Positions 21,923 through 34,989 of a DNA stretch of 64,000 nucleotides are shown one piece after another. Below the pieces are notes generated by a model. It worked only from the letters and a program-made list of their open reading frames with translations, was not told the DNA's origin and ran no database searches. Positions within the stretch are counted from its first letter, which is position 1, and each line of letters opens with the position of its first letter. The translations under genes and the position numbers were made by a program. Source of the DNA: Alphaproteobacteria bacterium (lineage in GTDB: Bacteria > Pseudomonadota > Alphaproteobacteria > GCA-2731375); NCBI GenBank assembly GCA_965232515.1, contig CBDDPY010000002.1, positions 1,440,001 through 1,504,000 of the forward strand. Reading direction: 5' to 3'.

Positions 21923-22699
21923 TCAGGCTCCAGCCGCCTTGCTGCGCCGATGGATTTCCAGCAAACCCTTGATCGTCAGGTCCGGATCGACGTGATCGAT
22001 CGCCGCTGTCGCATCCGAGAACAACGGCACCAGGCCGCCGGTCGCGACGACGGCCATCGGCGCGCCGTATTCGGCCTTGATCCGATTGACCAGCCCCTCG
22101 ATCAGGCCGACATAGCCCCAGTAGACGCCGGACTGCATGGCCGCCACCGTGCCCTTGCCGATCACATGGTCGGGACGCTCGATGGCGACGATCGGCAGGC
22201 TGGCGGCCGCCATGTGAAGGGCTTCCAGGCTGAGGTTCATGCCGGGCGCGATGACGCCGCCTTCGAAATCGCCGTCGGCCGAGACGATATCGAACGTGGT
22301 CGCCGTGCCGGAGTCCAGGACGATCAAGGGCCCGCCATAGGTGACGTGCGCGGCGATAGCGTTGACCAGACGGTCGGCGCCGGCCTCGGCCGGGCGGTCG
22401 ATCTTGACCCCGATGCCCAGCTCGGCGTTTTCGCCGACCACCAGCGGCTCGCAATGGAAGTATTTGCGGCAGAGCGTGCGCAGATCGGCGAGCGCCCGCG
22501 GCACCACCGAGGAGATGATCACCTCGTCGATATCGTCAGGTTGAAACCCCTCCAGCGCCATGAGCTGGCTTAGCCAGACGGCATATTCGTCGGCCGTTCG
22601 GGGGGCTTTGGTGGCGGCTCGCCACTGCGCCCTGACGACACCGGAGTCGGCAACGGCAAAGACCAGATTGGTGTTCCCGACGTCGATGGCCAACAGCAT
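21923..22699 (-). CDS. coaX: Type III pantothenate kinase
   Basis: [26 protein letters not shown] and GGVIAPG. Confidence 0.96.
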   Translation of the reverse strand: MLLAIDVGNTNLVFAVADSGVVRAQWRAATKAPRTADEYAVWLSQLMALEGFQPDDIDEVIISSVVPRALADLRTLCRKYFHCEPLVVGENAELGIGVKIDRPAEAGADRLVNAIAAHVTYGGPLIVLDSGTATTFDIVSADGDFEGGVIAPGMNLSLEALHMAAASLPIVAIERPDHVIGKGTVAAMQSGVYWGYVGLIEGLVNRIKAEYGAPMAVVATGGLVPLFSDATAAIDHVDPDLTIKGLLEIHRRSKAAGA

Positions 22700-22710
22700 G
22701 ACAGCAACCC

Positions 22711-23490
22711 TCAGACGGCCGGAAAGAACACTTCGCCGGCCGTAATCGCCCGAGAATGACCGGTTTCGTCGCGCAGTACCAGGGCGCCATCGGCGTCGAG
22801 GGTCTGAAAATGTCCATCGATGACCTTATCGGCCAGCCGAACAGTAATCGGCTCGCCGATGCCGATCGCGTCGCGTGTCCAGGCGGCGCGGACCGGCTCG
22901 AAGCCATCCGCCTCCCAACGCCGCATCCAGTCGAGGAAAGCCACCGCCAGCGGTCCAAGCACGGCCTCGGCATCAACCGTCGTGGCGCCGGCCGCGTGCA
23001 GCGACATCGCCGGCCAATCGGTGCCCTCGGGATGGCTGACGACATTCACCCCGATGCCGGCGATCAGCCAGGACAGCTTTCCGGCATGCGCCGTGTCGGC
23101 CGCGGACTCCAGCAGAATGCCGCAGACCTTGCCGCCGTTCAGCAGAACGTCGTTCGGCCATTTCTGCCGGACGTCCGCCGCTGGCAACACCGCGCGAATG
23201 GCATCGGCCACCGCGAGCGCCGCGACGAAGGAGAGCTGGGCGGCCTCGGCCGCCGACTGCGTCGGCCGCAGCAGCAATGAGAAATAGAGGTTACCCTCGG
23301 GCGAGGCGAACGAACGGCCCCGCCGCCCCCGACCCGCGGTCTGTCGGCGGGCCACGATCAGCGTGCCGGCCGGCGCGCCGGCCTCGGCCTGCTGCTTGGC
23401 AACGGTAAATGTGCTGTCGACCTGGTCGAACCGCTGCAGACGGAAAAAGTCGGGCAGCCGAGGCTCGCCGCCGGCGCCGCCCACGCTCAC
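22711..23490 (-). CDS. birA: Biotin--protein ligase
   Basis: [23 protein letters not shown] and GIGVN; GTG start overlapping the nuoN stop (GTGA). Confidence 0.94.
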   Translation of the reverse strand: MSVGGAGGEPRLPDFFRLQRFDQVDSTFTVAKQQAEAGAPAGTLIVARRQTAGRGRRGRSFASPEGNLYFSLLLRPTQSAAEAAQLSFVAALAVADAIRAVLPAADVRQKWPNDVLLNGGKVCGILLESAADTAHAGKLSWLIAGIGVNVVSHPEGTDWPAMSLHAAGATTVDAEAVLGPLAVAFLDWMRRWEADGFEPVRAAWTRDAIGIGEPITVRLADKVIDGHFQTLDADGALVLRDETGHSRAITAGEVFFPAV

Positions 23491-24935
23491 GGCATCAACG
23501 ATGCGGCCGCCGCCTGCGCGCCAATCAGGATCGGCGTCGGATAGAGGATGAACAGCGTGATGAACAGACCGGTGCCCGCCAGGATCGCCTTCATCTCGAT
23601 GCCAATCGGCCGTTCGAAGGCCTCGGCCGGCTCGTCGAAATACATCACCTTGACGATGCGCAGGTAGTAGTAGGCGCCGACCACGCTCGACAGCACGCCG
23701 ATGATGGCGAGCGCATAGAGCTCGGCGTTGATGGCGGCAACAAAAATGTAGAACTTGCCGAAGAAGCCGGCGAGTGGCGGCACGCCGGCCATGGAGAACA
23801 TGAACAGCGCCAGCACGAGCGCCAGCAGCGGGTTGTTGCGGGCGAGGCCAGCGAGATCCGGGATGCCCTCGACCATGCCGCCCTTCAGGCGCATGCAGAG
23901 GATGCAGGCGAAGGTGCCGACATTCATGGCGAGGTAGATCGCCATATAGATCAGCACGCCGCGGACGCCCTCCTCGGTGCCGGCGGCGAGACCGACCAGC
24001 GCGTAGCCGATATGGCCAATCGAGCTGTAGGCCATCAGGCGCTTGATGTTGTTCTGGCCGATGGCCGCGAAGGCACCGAGCAGCATCGACGCGATCGAGA
24101 TGAAGACGACGATCTGCTGCCACTCGGTAACGATCTCGAAGAACGGCGACATCATCGTGCGCAGGAACAGCGCAATGGCGGCGATCTTCGGCGCCACGGC
24201 GAAGAACGCCGTTACCGGCGTCGGCGCGCCCTCGTAGACGTCGGGCGTCCACATATGGAACGGCACGGCCGAGACTTTGAAGGCGAGACCCGCCGTCAGG
24301 AAGACGATGCCGACGATCAGGCCGAGCGGGGTCTCATCGGCGGTGCCGATGCTGCGGGCGATCGTGTCGAAGCCGGTGCCGCCGGTAAAGCCGTAGATCA
24401 TCGAGCAGCCGTAAAGCAGCATGCCGGACGACAGCGCACCGAGGACGAAATACTTCAGGCCCGCCTCGGTCGAGCGCAGCGAGTCGCGCTTGAACGCGGC
24501 GATCACATAGAGCGCCAGGCTCTGCAGCTCGATACCCATGTAGAGCGCGATGAGATCGTTCGCCGAAATCATCATCAGCATGCCGAGCGTCGCCAGCAGC
24601 AACAGCACCGGATACTCGAACCGCTCCATCTTCTCGTGGCGGATGTAGTCGAGCGACATGATGATGCCGAGGGCGGCGCCGATCAGCACCAGTCCCTTGG
24701 CGAAGTTGGCGAACGGATCGACCACGAACATGCCGGCAAAGGTGACGCTGGTCTCGGCCGGCGCCCGCAGCACCAGGAAGAAGGTGATGGCGAGCGCGGC
24801 GACGGACAGCCAGGCCACGAGGCGGGTGGAGTCGTTGCCGCGGAACACGCCGACCATCAGCAGGGCCATCGCGGCGCAGGCAAGGAAGATCTCCGGCGCG
24901 GCGAGCGCGTAGTCGTGTGTCAGCGTCTCTACCAT
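23487..24935 (-). CDS. nuoN: NADH-quinone oxidoreductase subunit N
   Basis: [27 protein letters not shown] and KRLMAYSSI. Confidence 0.97.
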   Translation of the reverse strand: MVETLTHDYALAAPEIFLACAAMALLMVGVFRGNDSTRLVAWLSVAALAITFFLVLRAPAETSVTFAGMFVVDPFANFAKGLVLIGAALGIIMSLDYIRHEKMERFEYPVLLLLATLGMLMMISANDLIALYMGIELQSLALYVIAAFKRDSLRSTEAGLKYFVLGALSSGMLLYGCSMIYGFTGGTGFDTIARSIGTADETPLGLIVGIVFLTAGLAFKVSAVPFHMWTPDVYEGAPTPVTAFFAVAPKIAAIALFLRTMMSPFFEIVTEWQQIVVFISIASMLLGAFAAIGQNNIKRLMAYSSIGHIGYALVGLAAGTEEGVRGVLIYMAIYLAMNVGTFACILCMRLKGGMVEGIPDLAGLARNNPLLALVLALFMFSMAGVPPLAGFFGKFYIFVAAINAELYALAIIGVLSSVVGAYYYLRIVKVMYFDEPAEAFERPIGIEMKAILAGTGLFITLFILYPTPILIGAQAAAASLMP

Positions 24936-24944
24936 GACAATTTC

Positions 24945-26471
24945 CTAACGCGCCGCGACGTTGATGCTGTCGGCCATGATCTCGGCGGCCGCCAGCGCCG
25001 CCTGATAGTCGCCGATCAGCTTGTCGACCGACGGCTGGATGACGTCGAGAAACGGCTGCGGATAGACGCCCATCACGATCGCCAGCACGATCAACGGCGC
25101 GAAGACGGCGATCTCGCGGCCGTTCATGTCGGCGATCGATTCAAGATCGTCCTTCTCCAGCTTTCCGAAAATCACCCGGCGATAGAGCCAGAGCATATAG
25201 GCCGCGCCCAGGATCAGGCCGGTGGCCGCCAGCGTCGCCACCCAGGTATTGACCTGGAACGCGCCGACCAGCACCAGGATCTCGCCGACGAAGCCGCTGG
25301 TGCCCGGCAGACCAACGGAGGCCAGCATGAACACCATGAAGGTGAAGGCGTAGATCGGCATCCGGTTCACCAGGCCGCCATAGCGGGCGATCTCGCGCGA
25401 ATGGATACGGTCGTAGACCACGCCGACGACCAGGAACAGGGCGGCCGAGACGATGCCGTGGCTCAACATCTGGAAGATGCCGCCCTCGATTCCCTGGTTG
25501 TTGAAGGTGAAGATGCCGATCGTGACGAAGCCCATATGGGCGACCGACGAATAGGCGATCAGCTTCTTCATGTCCTCCTGCATCAGCGCCACGAGCGAGG
25601 TGTAGATCACGGCGACGACACTGAGCCCGAAGACCAGCGGCGCGAATTGCTCGCTCGCCAGCGGCAGCATCGGCAGCGAGAAGCGCAGGAAGCCGTAGCC
25701 GCCCATCTTCAAGAGCACGCCGGCCAGGATCACGGAACCCGCCGTCGGCGCCTCGACATGCGCATCCGGCAGCCAGGTATGCACCGGCCACATCGGCATC
25801 TTCACCGCGAACGAAGCGAACATGGCGAGCCACAGCCACATCTGCGCCTCGGCGGCGAAGTCGTGCGTCATCAGGGTCGGGATGTCGGTGGTGCCGACCT
25901 GGAAGTACATGTAGATCAGGGCCAGCAGCAGCAGCACCGAGCCGAGGAAGGTGTAGAGGAAGAACTTGAAGCTGGAATAGATCCGCCGGGCGCCGCCCCA
26001 GACGCCGATGATCAGGAACATCGGGATCAGGCCGCCCTCGAAGAACAGATAGAACAGCACGAAGTCGAGCGCGCAGAAGACGCCGATCATCATGGTCTCG
26101 AGGATCAGGAAGGCGATCATGTACTCGCGCACGCGGGTCTGGATCGCATCCCAGCTCGCGAGAATGCAGATCGGCATCAGGAACGCGGTCAGCACCACGA
26201 ACAGCACCGAGATGCCGTCGACGCCCATGTGGTAGTTGATGCCCGGGCCCAGCCACTCCGCCTTCTCGACGAATTGGAAGTCTGCGGTGTTGGTGTCGAA
26301 ATTGCCCCAGATCACCAAGCTGATCAGGAAGGTGACGCCTGTTGTCAGCAGCGCGACGCTGCGGGCGTTGCGGTCGGCGACGGCCTTCTCGCCGCCGGCG
26401 AACAGGAAAATAAAGGCGGCGCCCGCCAGGGGCAGGAAGGTCGCGAGGGACAGCAGCGGCCAGTCGAACAT
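24945..26471 (-). CDS. nuoM: NADH-quinone oxidoreductase subunit M
   Basis: [19 protein letters not shown] and [13 protein letters not shown]. Confidence 0.97.
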   Translation of the reverse strand: MFDWPLLSLATFLPLAGAAFIFLFAGGEKAVADRNARSVALLTTGVTFLISLVIWGNFDTNTADFQFVEKAEWLGPGINYHMGVDGISVLFVVLTAFLMPICILASWDAIQTRVREYMIAFLILETMMIGVFCALDFVLFYLFFEGGLIPMFLIIGVWGGARRIYSSFKFFLYTFLGSVLLLLALIYMYFQVGTTDIPTLMTHDFAAEAQMWLWLAMFASFAVKMPMWPVHTWLPDAHVEAPTAGSVILAGVLLKMGGYGFLRFSLPMLPLASEQFAPLVFGLSVVAVIYTSLVALMQEDMKKLIAYSSVAHMGFVTIGIFTFNNQGIEGGIFQMLSHGIVSAALFLVVGVVYDRIHSREIARYGGLVNRMPIYAFTFMVFMLASVGLPGTSGFVGEILVLVGAFQVNTWVATLAATGLILGAAYMLWLYRRVIFGKLEKDDLESIADMNGREIAVFAPLIVLAIVMGVYPQPFLDVIQPSVDKLIGDYQAALAAAEIMADSINVAAR

Positions 26472-26475
26472 GGGC

Positions 26476-28413
26476 TCAGCCTCCCCCGCCGGTGCTGGCG
26501 AAGTACCAGGTGACGAAGGCGGCGACGCCGATCAGCATGGCGAACGCGTAGTGATAGATCAGCCCGGTCTGCAGCAGGGTCGCGCGGCGGGCGAGATTGA
26601 TCACCGTGGCGGCGACGCCGTCCGGGCCGAAGCCGTCGATGACGCGGCCGTCGCCTTCCTTCCACAGCACCCGGCCGAGCCACTTCGCCGGCCGCACCAG
26701 GGCGAACTCGAACAGCTCGTCGAAGTACCACTTGTTCAGGATGAACAGATAAAGCTCGCGGTTGAGGCGCGTGAACATCACCGGAATGTCGGTCCGCCGG
26801 ATGTAGAGATACCAGGCGCCGGCGATGCCCAACGCGGTCATCACCAGCGGCAACAGCTTGATCGTCGTCGGCACGTTGTGCGCGTCGGCCAGCACCGTGT
26901 TGGATTCCAGCATCAGGATCGAGCCGCGCCAGAAGTGATCCGGGTCGTGGCCAACCATCAGCTCGTACATCGCCACGCCGGAGAACACGGCGCCGATGGC
27001 CAGGATGATCAGCGGGATTGTCATCACGGGCGGCGACTCGTGCACATGGCTCATGACCTCGGCGCTAGCCCGCGGCGCGCCGTGGAAGGTCATGAACAGC
27101 AGCCGCCAGGAATAGAACGCCGTCATGATCGCCGCCGCGATGCCGAGCGAGAAGGCGAACATGCCGAAGCCGGTATTCGCGGCGAACGCCGATTCCAGGA
27201 TGATGTCCTTGGAATAGTAGCCGGCGAACCAAGGTACGCCCGCGAGCGCCAGGCTGCCGATCCACATCAACGCATAGGTCAGCTTGATGTGGCGCGCGAG
27301 GCCGCCCATGCGGCGCATGTCCTGCTCGTCCGAGACGGCGTGGATCACCGAACCGGCGCCCAGGAATAGAAGCGCCTTGAAGAAAGCGTGGGTGAATAGA
27401 TGGAAGATCGCCGCCGGATAGGCGCCGACGCCGATGGCGAAGAACATGTAGCCGAGCTGGCTGCAGGTCGAATAGGCGATCACCCGCTTGATGTCGTTCT
27501 GCGCCAGGCCGACGGTGGCGGCGAAGAACGCGGTCAAGGCGCCGATCACGGCCACAGTGTTGAGCGCCAGCGGCGCGTATTCGAACATCGGCGAGCAGCG
27601 CGCCAGCATGAAGACGCCGGCCGTGACCATGGTGGCGGCGTGGATCAGGGCGCTGACCGGGGTCGGGCCCTCCATGGCGTCCGGCAGCCAGGTGTGCAAC
27701 GGCACCTGCGCCGATTTGCCCATGGCGCCGATGAACAGCAGCAGACAGATCGTTGTCAGAACATCAACTTCCCAATTCAGGAAGGTGAAGGTCTTGCCGA
27801 CCTGATCCGGCGTGGCGGCGAAAACCGTGTCGAACTCGATCGAGCCGTAAATCAGGAAGACGCCGAGGACGCCCAGCGCGAAGCCGAAATCGCCGACGCG
27901 GTTGACGAGGAAGGCCTTGATCGCGGCGGCGTTCGCGGTCGGCCGCTTGTACCAGAAGCCGATCAGCAGGTAGGACGCCAGCCCCACCCCTTCCCAGCCG
28001 AAGAACAGCTGCAGGAAGTTGTCCGCCGTCACCAGCATCAGCATGGCGAAGGTGAACAGCGACAGGTACGACATGAACCGCGGGATATGCGGATCGTGCG
28101 ACATGTAGCCGACGGAATAGACGTGCACCAGCGACGAGACGCCGGTGACGACGACCAGCATCACCGCCGTCAGCGGATCGATACGCAGCGCCCAGGAGGC
28201 TTCGAAGCTGCCGGAGTCGATCCAGGTGAACAGCTCCACCGTCACCGCGTTGCCGAGGATGGCGACGTCGTAAAAGCCGTAGAGCGACAACAGGGCCGAG
28301 ATGATCAGCGCGCCGCAAGTGACGATCTGCGCCCCGCGGTCGCCGATCCAGCGACCGAAGAAGCCGGCGATGATCGAGGCCAGCAGCGGCAGGAAGACGA
28401 TGACGGCATACAT
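26476..28413 (-). CDS. nuoL: NADH-quinone oxidoreductase subunit L
   Basis: [41 protein letters not shown] and [10 protein letters not shown]. Confidence 0.97.
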   Translation of the reverse strand: MYAVIVFLPLLASIIAGFFGRWIGDRGAQIVTCGALIISALLSLYGFYDVAILGNAVTVELFTWIDSGSFEASWALRIDPLTAVMLVVVTGVSSLVHVYSVGYMSHDPHIPRFMSYLSLFTFAMLMLVTADNFLQLFFGWEGVGLASYLLIGFWYKRPTANAAAIKAFLVNRVGDFGFALGVLGVFLIYGSIEFDTVFAATPDQVGKTFTFLNWEVDVLTTICLLLFIGAMGKSAQVPLHTWLPDAMEGPTPVSALIHAATMVTAGVFMLARCSPMFEYAPLALNTVAVIGALTAFFAATVGLAQNDIKRVIAYSTCSQLGYMFFAIGVGAYPAAIFHLFTHAFFKALLFLGAGSVIHAVSDEQDMRRMGGLARHIKLTYALMWIGSLALAGVPWFAGYYSKDIILESAFAANTGFGMFAFSLGIAAAIMTAFYSWRLLFMTFHGAPRASAEVMSHVHESPPVMTIPLIILAIGAVFSGVAMYELMVGHDPDHFWRGSILMLESNTVLADAHNVPTTIKLLPLVMTALGIAGAWYLYIRRTDIPVMFTRLNRELYLFILNKWYFDELFEFALVRPAKWLGRVLWKEGDGRVIDGFGPDGVAATVINLARRATLLQTGLIYHYAFAMLIGVAAFVTWYFASTGGGG

Positions 28414-28423
28414 GCGTGCGGCC

Positions 28424-28747
28424 TCAGCCCTTCATCAGGTTGACGTCCTCAACCGCGATGGTGCCGCGGTTGCGGAAATAGGTGACGAGGATGGCAAGGC
28501 CGATCGCCGCCTCGCCGGCGGCGACGGTCAGCACGAACAGCGCGAAGACCTGGCCGACCAGGTCCTGCATGAACGCCGAGAAGGCGACGAGGTTGATGTT
28601 CACGGCCAGCAGCAGCAATTCGACCGACATCAGGATGATGATGACGTTCTTGCGGTTCAGGAAGATGCCGAACACGCCGATGGTGAACAGGATCGCCGCC
28701 ACCGTCAGATAGTGGCCGAGACCGATCTCGAAGATGCTGGCGTCCAT
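28424..28747 (-). CDS. nuoK: NADH-quinone oxidoreductase subunit K
   Basis: LMSVELLL and [12 protein letters not shown]. Confidence 0.96.
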   Translation of the reverse strand: MDASIFEIGLGHYLTVAAILFTIGVFGIFLNRKNVIIILMSVELLLLAVNINLVAFSAFMQDLVGQVFALFVLTVAAGEAAIGLAILVTYFRNRGTIAVEDVNLMKG

Positions 28748-28751
28748 CGGC

Positions 28752-29366
28752 CTACACCCCCTGCCCCGGCTGGACCTGCTTGATCTCGACCGACTGCTCG
28801 ACCGTGCGGCTGGTCTGGGCGCCGATCGACTGGCGGCGCACGCCGGCGCGCTGACGCAACGTCAGCACGATGGCGCCGATCATGGCGATCAGCAGGATCA
28901 TGCCGGCCGCCTGGAACAGGTAGACATATTTTGTATAGAGGATCTGGCCGAGCGCCTCGGTGTTGGTCAGCTCGTCCAGCGGCGGGGTCGGCTCGACGCC
29001 GCGGCCCGCCACCTCGGGCGCGATGCTGGCGCCGCCCAGGATCAGCAGCAGCTCGACCAGCAGGATCAGGCCGACCAGCGCGCCGACGGGCAGGTACTGC
29101 AGAAAGCCCTCGCGCAGCTCGACGAAGTTGATGTCGAGCATCATCACCACGAACAGGAACAGCACGGCGACGGCGCCGACATAGACGATGACCAGGATCA
29201 TCGCCAGGAATTCGGCGCCGATCAGCACGAACAGTCCGGCCGAGGTGAAGAACGACAGGATCAGGAACAGCACCGAATGCACCGGATTGCGCGACGATAT
29301 CACCATCACCGCCGACGCGATGGTGATCGCGGCGAATACGTAGAACGTCAGTCCCGTCAAAATCAT
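28752..29366 (-). CDS. nuoJ: NADH-quinone oxidoreductase subunit J
   Basis: NPVHSVLFL and [17 protein letters not shown]. Confidence 0.96.
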   Translation of the reverse strand: MILTGLTFYVFAAITIASAVMVISSRNPVHSVLFLILSFFTSAGLFVLIGAEFLAMILVIVYVGAVAVLFLFVVMMLDINFVELREGFLQYLPVGALVGLILLVELLLILGGASIAPEVAGRGVEPTPPLDELTNTEALGQILYTKYVYLFQAAGMILLIAMIGAIVLTLRQRAGVRRQSIGAQTSRTVEQSVEIKQVQPGQGV

Positions 29367-29438
29367 GCGCCGGCTTCCCCGACCGGTTCTAGATGTTCAC
29401 GCCCAAGCGGCGCGGTGGCAGGTAGTTGTGGCAACGGC

Positions 29439-29927
29439 TCACCGGTACGGTGCGTCCGCGACAAGGTTGGCGGCAATTTCACGCTCCCAGCGGTCACCGT
29501 TCGCCAAGAGCTTGTCCTTGTTGTAGTAGAGCTCTTCGCGGGTTTCGGTGGCGAACTCGAAATTCGGGCCCTCGACGATGGCGTCGACCGGGCAGGCTTC
29601 CTGGCAGAAGCCGCAATAAATGCACTTGGTCATATCGATGTCGTAGCGCGTGGTGCGGCGGCTGCCGTCGTCGCGCGGTTCGGCTTCGATCGTGATCGCC
29701 TGGGCCGGGCAGATCGCCTCGCAGAGCTTGCAGGCGATGCAGCGCTCCTCGCCGTTGGGATACCGGCGCAGCGCGTGCTCGCCACGGAACCGCGGACTGA
29801 GCGGCCCTTTTTCGTAGGGGTAGTTCAGGGTCGCGCGCTTGCGGAACATGTAGCGGAAGGTCAGCCCCATGCCGCGCAGGATCTCGGTCAGCAGCAATGC
29901 CTGCGCGCCGCGCCTAAACGCCGTCAT
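29439..29927 (-). CDS. nuoI: NADH-quinone oxidoreductase subunit I
   Basis: Two 4Fe-4S motifs, [12 protein letters not shown] and [12 protein letters not shown]. Confidence 0.97.
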   Translation of the reverse strand: MTAFRRGAQALLLTEILRGMGLTFRYMFRKRATLNYPYEKGPLSPRFRGEHALRRYPNGEERCIACKLCEAICPAQAITIEAEPRDDGSRRTTRYDIDMTKCIYCGFCQEACPVDAIVEGPNFEFATETREELYYNKDKLLANGDRWEREIAANLVADAPYR

Positions 29928-30012
29928 ACCAAGCCCCTTCCATCCTCAAGGCGCGGCCAAACATAGCCGGCCAAATCCGAAAGGCAAGTCCCGTATCCGC
30001 CGCCGCCGGTCA

Positions 30013-31023
30013 TCACTTCGGCACCAGATCGAAGGCCACCAGCACGCCCGCCGTCAGCGCCACCCAGAACAGCGAGAACGGCAGAAACACCTTCCAGCCG
30101 AGCCGCATGAGCTGGTCGTAGCGGTAGCGCGGCAACGTCGCCCGGACCCAGATGAACACGAACAGCAGCAGCGAAATCTTCAGCGCGAACCAGATCGGTC
30201 CGGGAATCCAGTTGAACGGCGCCACGTCGATCGGCGGCAGCCAGCCGCCGAGGAACAGCACCGCCGTCATGCCGCTCATCAGAATCATGTTCGCGTATTC
30301 GCCCAGGAAGAACAGCGCGAAGGTCATGGACGAATATTCGACCTGATAGCCGGCGACGAGCTCGGCCTCGGCTTCCGGCAGGTCGAACGGGTGCCGGTTG
30401 GTCTCGGCCAGCGCCGAGATGAAGAAGATCACGAACATCGGCAGCAGCGGGATGGCGTACCACATCCCCTTCTGTGCCATGACGATGTCGGTCAGGTTCA
30501 ACGAGCCGGCGCAGAGCAGCACCGTGATCATGACGAAGCCGATCGAGACCTCGTACGACACCATCTGCGCCGCCGAGCGCAGGGCGCCCAGGAACGGGTA
30601 TTTCGAGTTCGAGGCCCAGCCGGCCATGATGATGCCGTAGACGCCGAGCGAGGAGATCGCGAACAGGTACAGGATGCCGACATTGATGTCGGCCAGCACG
30701 ACGCCCTCGTCGAAGGGGATCACCGCCCAGGCCACCATCGACAGGATGAAGGTCAGCATCGGCGCGATCACGAACACGCCCTTGTTGGCCGTGGTCGGCA
30801 GCACCGTTTCCTTGAAGAACAGCTTGATCCCGTCGGCAAACGCCTGCAGCAGACCGAACGGCCCAACGACGTTCGGCCCCATGCGCAACTGCATCGCCGC
30901 CATGACCTTGCGCTCGGCATAGGTCAGCATGGCCACGATCAGCAGCAGCGGAACGACAATCGCCAGGATCTGGGCGACGATGATGCCGCCCGGCAGCAGG
31001 TAACCGCTCCAGAGTTCAGCCAT
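30013..31023 (-). CDS. nuoH: NADH-quinone oxidoreductase subunit H
   Basis: [30 protein letters not shown] and PRYRYDQLM. Confidence 0.97.
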   Translation of the reverse strand: MAELWSGYLLPGGIIVAQILAIVVPLLLIVAMLTYAERKVMAAMQLRMGPNVVGPFGLLQAFADGIKLFFKETVLPTTANKGVFVIAPMLTFILSMVAWAVIPFDEGVVLADINVGILYLFAISSLGVYGIIMAGWASNSKYPFLGALRSAAQMVSYEVSIGFVMITVLLCAGSLNLTDIVMAQKGMWYAIPLLPMFVIFFISALAETNRHPFDLPEAEAELVAGYQVEYSSMTFALFFLGEYANMILMSGMTAVLFLGGWLPPIDVAPFNWIPGPIWFALKISLLLFVFIWVRATLPRYRYDQLMRLGWKVFLPFSLFWVALTAGVLVAFDLVPK

Positions 31024-33076
31024 CGGTGCCGGTCGCCTTCTCGTTTGCGACGTAGAGCTGGCTGCATTCCGCCATGACCGACGACGCCCGCGCGATCGGG
31101 TTGGTCAGATAGAAATCCGATATCGGGCTCTCGAACGGCGCATCGGCCATCTGGCCCGCCGTGCCGAAGGCGCCCCATTCGATCTCTGGGATCTCGTCGA
31201 TGGCGCCGAAGTGCGGCGCCAGCTCGGCCATGCGCCGGCGCAGCTGGCCGAGATTGTCGTACGGGAGCCGCTTGCCGATCACGTCGGAGAAGGCGCGCAG
31301 GATGGTCCAGTCCTCGCGCGCGTCGCCCGGCGGGAAATGCGCCCGACGGCCGAGCTGCACGCGGCCCTCGGTATTGACCCAGGTGGCGTCCTTTTCGGTA
31401 TAGGCCGCGCCCGGCAGGATCACGTCGGCGCGGTGGGCGCCGGCATCGCCATGATGGCCCTGATAGACGACGAAGGCATTGCCGAGTTTCGCCGTGTCGA
31501 TCTCGTCCGCGCCCAGCAGCCAGACCAGATCGATCTCGCCGGCCTGGGCGCCGTCCAGAATGCCGGCGACGTCGCGTCCGCCCTCGCCCGGCAGCAGGCC
31601 AAGATCGAGGCCGGCGACCCGCGCCGCCGCCGTGTGCAGGACGTTAAAGCCGTTCCAGTCGTCGCTGACCATGCCGCAGCTCTCGGCGATCCGTCGCGCC
31701 GTCTCCAGCACCGCCGCGCCGTCGTCGCGCGCGAGCGCGCCCATGCCGACGATCAGCATCGGCCGTTCGGCGGCTTTCAGGGTCTGGGCGAAGGCGTGGC
31801 TGCCGTCGGCGATCTGCGACAGCGTCTGCGGTCCGGCGCCGAGATATTCGTAGTCGTAGGTCAGGTCCGGCCGCGGCCCGATCATCGCCGCCTTGAAGCC
31901 GCCCAATAGCCAGCGCTTGCGCAGGCGCGCATTTGCCAGCGGTGCCTCCCAGCGCGGATTGGCGCCGATCAGCAGGCAGGCGTCCGCCGCTTCGATCGCC
32001 GCGATCGTGGTGTTGAAGAGATACGCAGCCCGCGGTCCGGCCGGCAGCTTGGCGCCGTCCTGCCGGCAATCGATGTGCGGCGAACCGACCGCCCCCATCA
32101 GATCGTTCAGCGCCGTCATCGCCTCGGCGTCCGCCATGTCACCAGCGATCGCGGCGATGCGGTCGCCGGCGAGACCCTGCATGCGGCCGGCAATGGCGCG
32201 GAAGGCCTGGTCCCAGGTCGCCGGGGTCAGCTTGCCGTCGACCCGCACATAGGGCCGGTCGAGCCGCTGCCGCTTCAGGCCGTCGACGGCAAACCGGGTC
32301 TTATCCGAGATCCACTCCTCGTTCACGTCCTCGTGCAGGCGCGGCAGGATCCGCATCACCTCGCGGCCGCGGGTGTCGACGCGAATATTGCTGCCGACGG
32401 CGTCGTGCGCGTCGATGGTCTCGGTCTTGCGCAGCTCCCAGGGCCGGGCCGTGAAGGCATAGGGCTTGGAGGTCAGCGCGCCGACCGGGCAGATGTCGAT
32501 CATGTTGCCGGAGAGCTCCGAGGTCAGCGCCTCCTCCACATAGGTACCGATCTCCATCTGCTCGCCGCGGCCCGTGGCGCCCAGCTCCTCGACGCCGGCG
32601 ATCTCGGTGGCAAAGCGGATGCAGCGGGTACAGTGGATGCAGCGGGTCATGATCGTCTTGATCAATGGCCCGAGATACTTGTCCTTCACCGCCCGCTTGT
32701 TCTCGTGATACCGGCTGCTGTCGTAGCCGTAGGCCATGGCCTGGTCCTGCAGGTCGCATTCGCCGCCCTGATCGCAGATCGGGCAGTCGAGCGGATGGTT
32801 GATCAGCAGGAACTCCATCACGCCCTGGCGGGCCTTGCGCACCGACGGCGTGTTGGTGTGAATGACCATGTTGTCGGCGGCCGGCATGGCGCAGCTGGCG
32901 ATCGGCTTCGGCGACCGCTCCATCTCGACCAAGCACATGCGGCAGTTCCCGGCGATCGACAGCCGGTCGTGATAGCAGAAGCGCGGCACTTCGATGCCGG
33001 CCTCCTCGCAAGCCTGCAGCACGGTGGTGCCGGGCTCGACCGTGATTTCCTTGCCGTCGATCGTCAACGTGGGCAT
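31016..33076 (-). CDS. nuoG: NADH-quinone oxidoreductase subunit G
   Basis: [32 protein letters not shown] and [11 protein letters not shown]. Confidence 0.97.
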   Translation of the reverse strand: MPTLTIDGKEITVEPGTTVLQACEEAGIEVPRFCYHDRLSIAGNCRMCLVEMERSPKPIASCAMPAADNMVIHTNTPSVRKARQGVMEFLLINHPLDCPICDQGGECDLQDQAMAYGYDSSRYHENKRAVKDKYLGPLIKTIMTRCIHCTRCIRFATEIAGVEELGATGRGEQMEIGTYVEEALTSELSGNMIDICPVGALTSKPYAFTARPWELRKTETIDAHDAVGSNIRVDTRGREVMRILPRLHEDVNEEWISDKTRFAVDGLKRQRLDRPYVRVDGKLTPATWDQAFRAIAGRMQGLAGDRIAAIAGDMADAEAMTALNDLMGAVGSPHIDCRQDGAKLPAGPRAAYLFNTTIAAIEAADACLLIGANPRWEAPLANARLRKRWLLGGFKAAMIGPRPDLTYDYEYLGAGPQTLSQIADGSHAFAQTLKAAERPMLIVGMGALARDDGAAVLETARRIAESCGMVSDDWNGFNVLHTAAARVAGLDLGLLPGEGGRDVAGILDGAQAGEIDLVWLLGADEIDTAKLGNAFVVYQGHHGDAGAHRADVILPGAAYTEKDATWVNTEGRVQLGRRAHFPPGDAREDWTILRAFSDVIGKRLPYDNLGQLRRRMAELAPHFGAIDEIPEIEWGAFGTAGQMADAPFESPISDFYLTNPIARASSVMAECSQLYVANEKATGTDG

Positions 33077-33092
33077 GTGGTCTTCGGCTCCC

Positions 33093-34379
33093 TCAGGCGG
33101 CGGCAGGCTGGGCCTGCTTGCGGTCGAGAATGCGGCGTTCCAGCTCGGGCCGGAAATGCCGGATCAGGCCCTGAATCGGCCAGGCCGCGGCGTCGCCCAG
33201 CGCGCAGATCGTGTGGCCCTCGACCTGGTAGGTGACGTCGAGCAGCATCTCGATTTCCTCGACCTCAGCCTCGCCCTTCACCAGACGCTCCATCACGCGC
33301 CACATCCAGCCCGTACCCTCGCGGCAGGGCGTGCACTGACCGCAGGACTCGTGCTTGTAGAATTCGGAGAGGCGCGCGATGGCCTTCACCACGTCGCACG
33401 ACTTGTCCATGACGATGACGGCGGCCGTGCCGAGCCCGGACTTCACCTCTTTCAGCGCATCGAAGTCCATCAGCACGTCGTCACAAATCGACTTCGGCAG
33501 CAGCGGCACCGAGGCGCCGCCCGGAATGATCGCCTGCAGATTGTCCCAGCCGCCGATGACGCCGCCGGCATGTTTTTCGATCAGCTCGCGCAGCGGGATC
33601 GACATCTCCTCTTCCACGTTGCACGGCTTGTTCACGTGGCCGGAAATGCAGAACACCTTGGTGCCGGTGTTGTTCTCGCGACCAAAACCGGCGAACCAGT
33701 CGGCGCCGCGGCGCAGGATTGTCGGCACCACGGCGATGCTCTCGACGTTGTTGACCGTCGTGGGGCAACCCCAGACGCCGACATTGGCCGGGAACGGCGG
33801 CTTCAGGCGCGGCTGACCCTTCTTGCCTTCCAGGCTCTCGATCAGCGCCGTCTCCTCGCCGCAGATATAAGCGCCGGCGCCGCGGTGCAGGTAGACGTCG
33901 AAATCGTAGCCCGATCCGCAGGCATTCTTGCCGATCAGGCCGGCCTCGTAAGCCTCATCGATCGCCTCCTGCAGCGCGTTGCCTTCATGATGGAATTCGC
34001 CGCGGATATAGATGTAGGCGGCGATGGCGCGCATGGCGTAGCCGGCGATCAGGCAGCCCTCGACCAGCTTGTGCGGGTCGTGGCGCATCATGTCGCGGTC
34101 CTTGCAGGTGCCGGGCTCGCCCTCGTCCGCGTTGACCACCAGATAGGAGGGTCGGCCGTCCGACTCCTTCGGCATGAAGGACCATTTCAGACCGGTCGGA
34201 AAACCGGCGCCGCCGCGGCCGCGCAGACCGGATTTCTTCACCTCTTCGACGATGTCTTCCGGCGAGCGGCTGAGGATCTCCTTGGTGCCGTCCCAGTCGC
34301 CGCGCTTGCGCGCCGCCGCGAGACGGAAATCCTGGTAGCCGTAGAGGTTGGTGAAGATGCGATCTTCGTCGCGAAGCAT
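33093..34379 (-). CDS. nuoF: NADH-quinone oxidoreductase subunit F
   Basis: [32 protein letters not shown] and [12 protein letters not shown]. Confidence 0.98.
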   Translation of the reverse strand: MLRDEDRIFTNLYGYQDFRLAAARKRGDWDGTKEILSRSPEDIVEEVKKSGLRGRGGAGFPTGLKWSFMPKESDGRPSYLVVNADEGEPGTCKDRDMMRHDPHKLVEGCLIAGYAMRAIAAYIYIRGEFHHEGNALQEAIDEAYEAGLIGKNACGSGYDFDVYLHRGAGAYICGEETALIESLEGKKGQPRLKPPFPANVGVWGCPTTVNNVESIAVVPTILRRGADWFAGFGRENNTGTKVFCISGHVNKPCNVEEEMSIPLRELIEKHAGGVIGGWDNLQAIIPGGASVPLLPKSICDDVLMDFDALKEVKSGLGTAAVIVMDKSCDVVKAIARLSEFYKHESCGQCTPCREGTGWMWRVMERLVKGEAEVEEIEMLLDVTYQVEGHTICALGDAAAWPIQGLIRHFRPELERRILDRKQAQPAAA

Positions 34380-34383
34380 AAAG

Positions 34384-34989
34384 CTACTCCATGAATCCCG
34401 TCAGTGTCGTCGGACCGCCCTCGGGCTCCGAGCTGCGACGACCGTTCTGCGGGCCCGCCTTCGGCCGCTCGCCGCTGGCGAGCGCCTTCAGGATGTCGAC
34501 CACCGACTCTGGTGTCAGATCTTCGTAGTAGTCATCGTTGATCTGGATCATCGGCGCGTTGACGCAGGCGCCGAGGCATTCGACCTCGATCAGCGTGAAC
34601 AGGCCGTCCGCCGTCGTCTCGCCCATGCCGATACCGAGATGCGCCTTGACGGCGTCGACGATATCGCCCGATTTGCGCAGCCAGCACGGCGTCGTCGTGC
34701 AGACCTGCAGGAAGTATTTTCCCACCGGCGCCAGATTGTACATCGTGTAGAACGACGCGACCTCGTAGACCCGGATCCGCGGCATCTCGAGCAGTTCGGC
34801 GACATGGTCCATGGCCGCGCGCGGCAGCCAGTTCTCGTGCTGACGCTGGGCGATGTCGAGCAGCGGCATCACGGCGCTCGCCTGCCGGCCTTCCGGATAA
34901 CGGGCGATGATCTTCTTCGCCTCGGCCAGGTTCTCCGGCGTGAAGGCGAAGCTCTCGGGCTGGTCGACGTTGGCCGTCGGCGCGCTCAT
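34384..34989 (-). CDS. nuoE: NADH-quinone oxidoreductase subunit E
   Basis: 2Fe-2S motifs CTTTPC and [10 protein letters not shown]. Confidence 0.97.
   Translation of the reverse strand: MSAPTANVDQPESFAFTPENLAEAKKIIARYPEGRQASAVMPLLDIAQRQHENWLPRAAMDHVAELLEMPRIRVYEVASFYTMYNLAPVGKYFLQVCTTTPCWLRKSGDIVDAVKAHLGIGMGETTADGLFTLIEVECLGACVNAPMIQINDDYYEDLTPESVVDILKALASGERPKAGPQNGRRSSEPEGGPTTLTGFME

Noticed and set aside
20229-24252. Apparent long N-terminal extensions of RNase J (741 aa) and BirA (513 aa)
   Set aside because: The extensions overlap coaX and nuoN in another frame; plausible starts lie next to the upstream stop codons.
23409-26513. 1034-aa plus-strand ORF, and similar long ORFs at 12030-14849, 39567-41768, 45496-47853 and 58928-61876
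   Set aside because: Antisense shadows of well-supported genes; high GC3 suppresses stop codons, and the translations are motif-free and Arg/Ala/Gly-rich.
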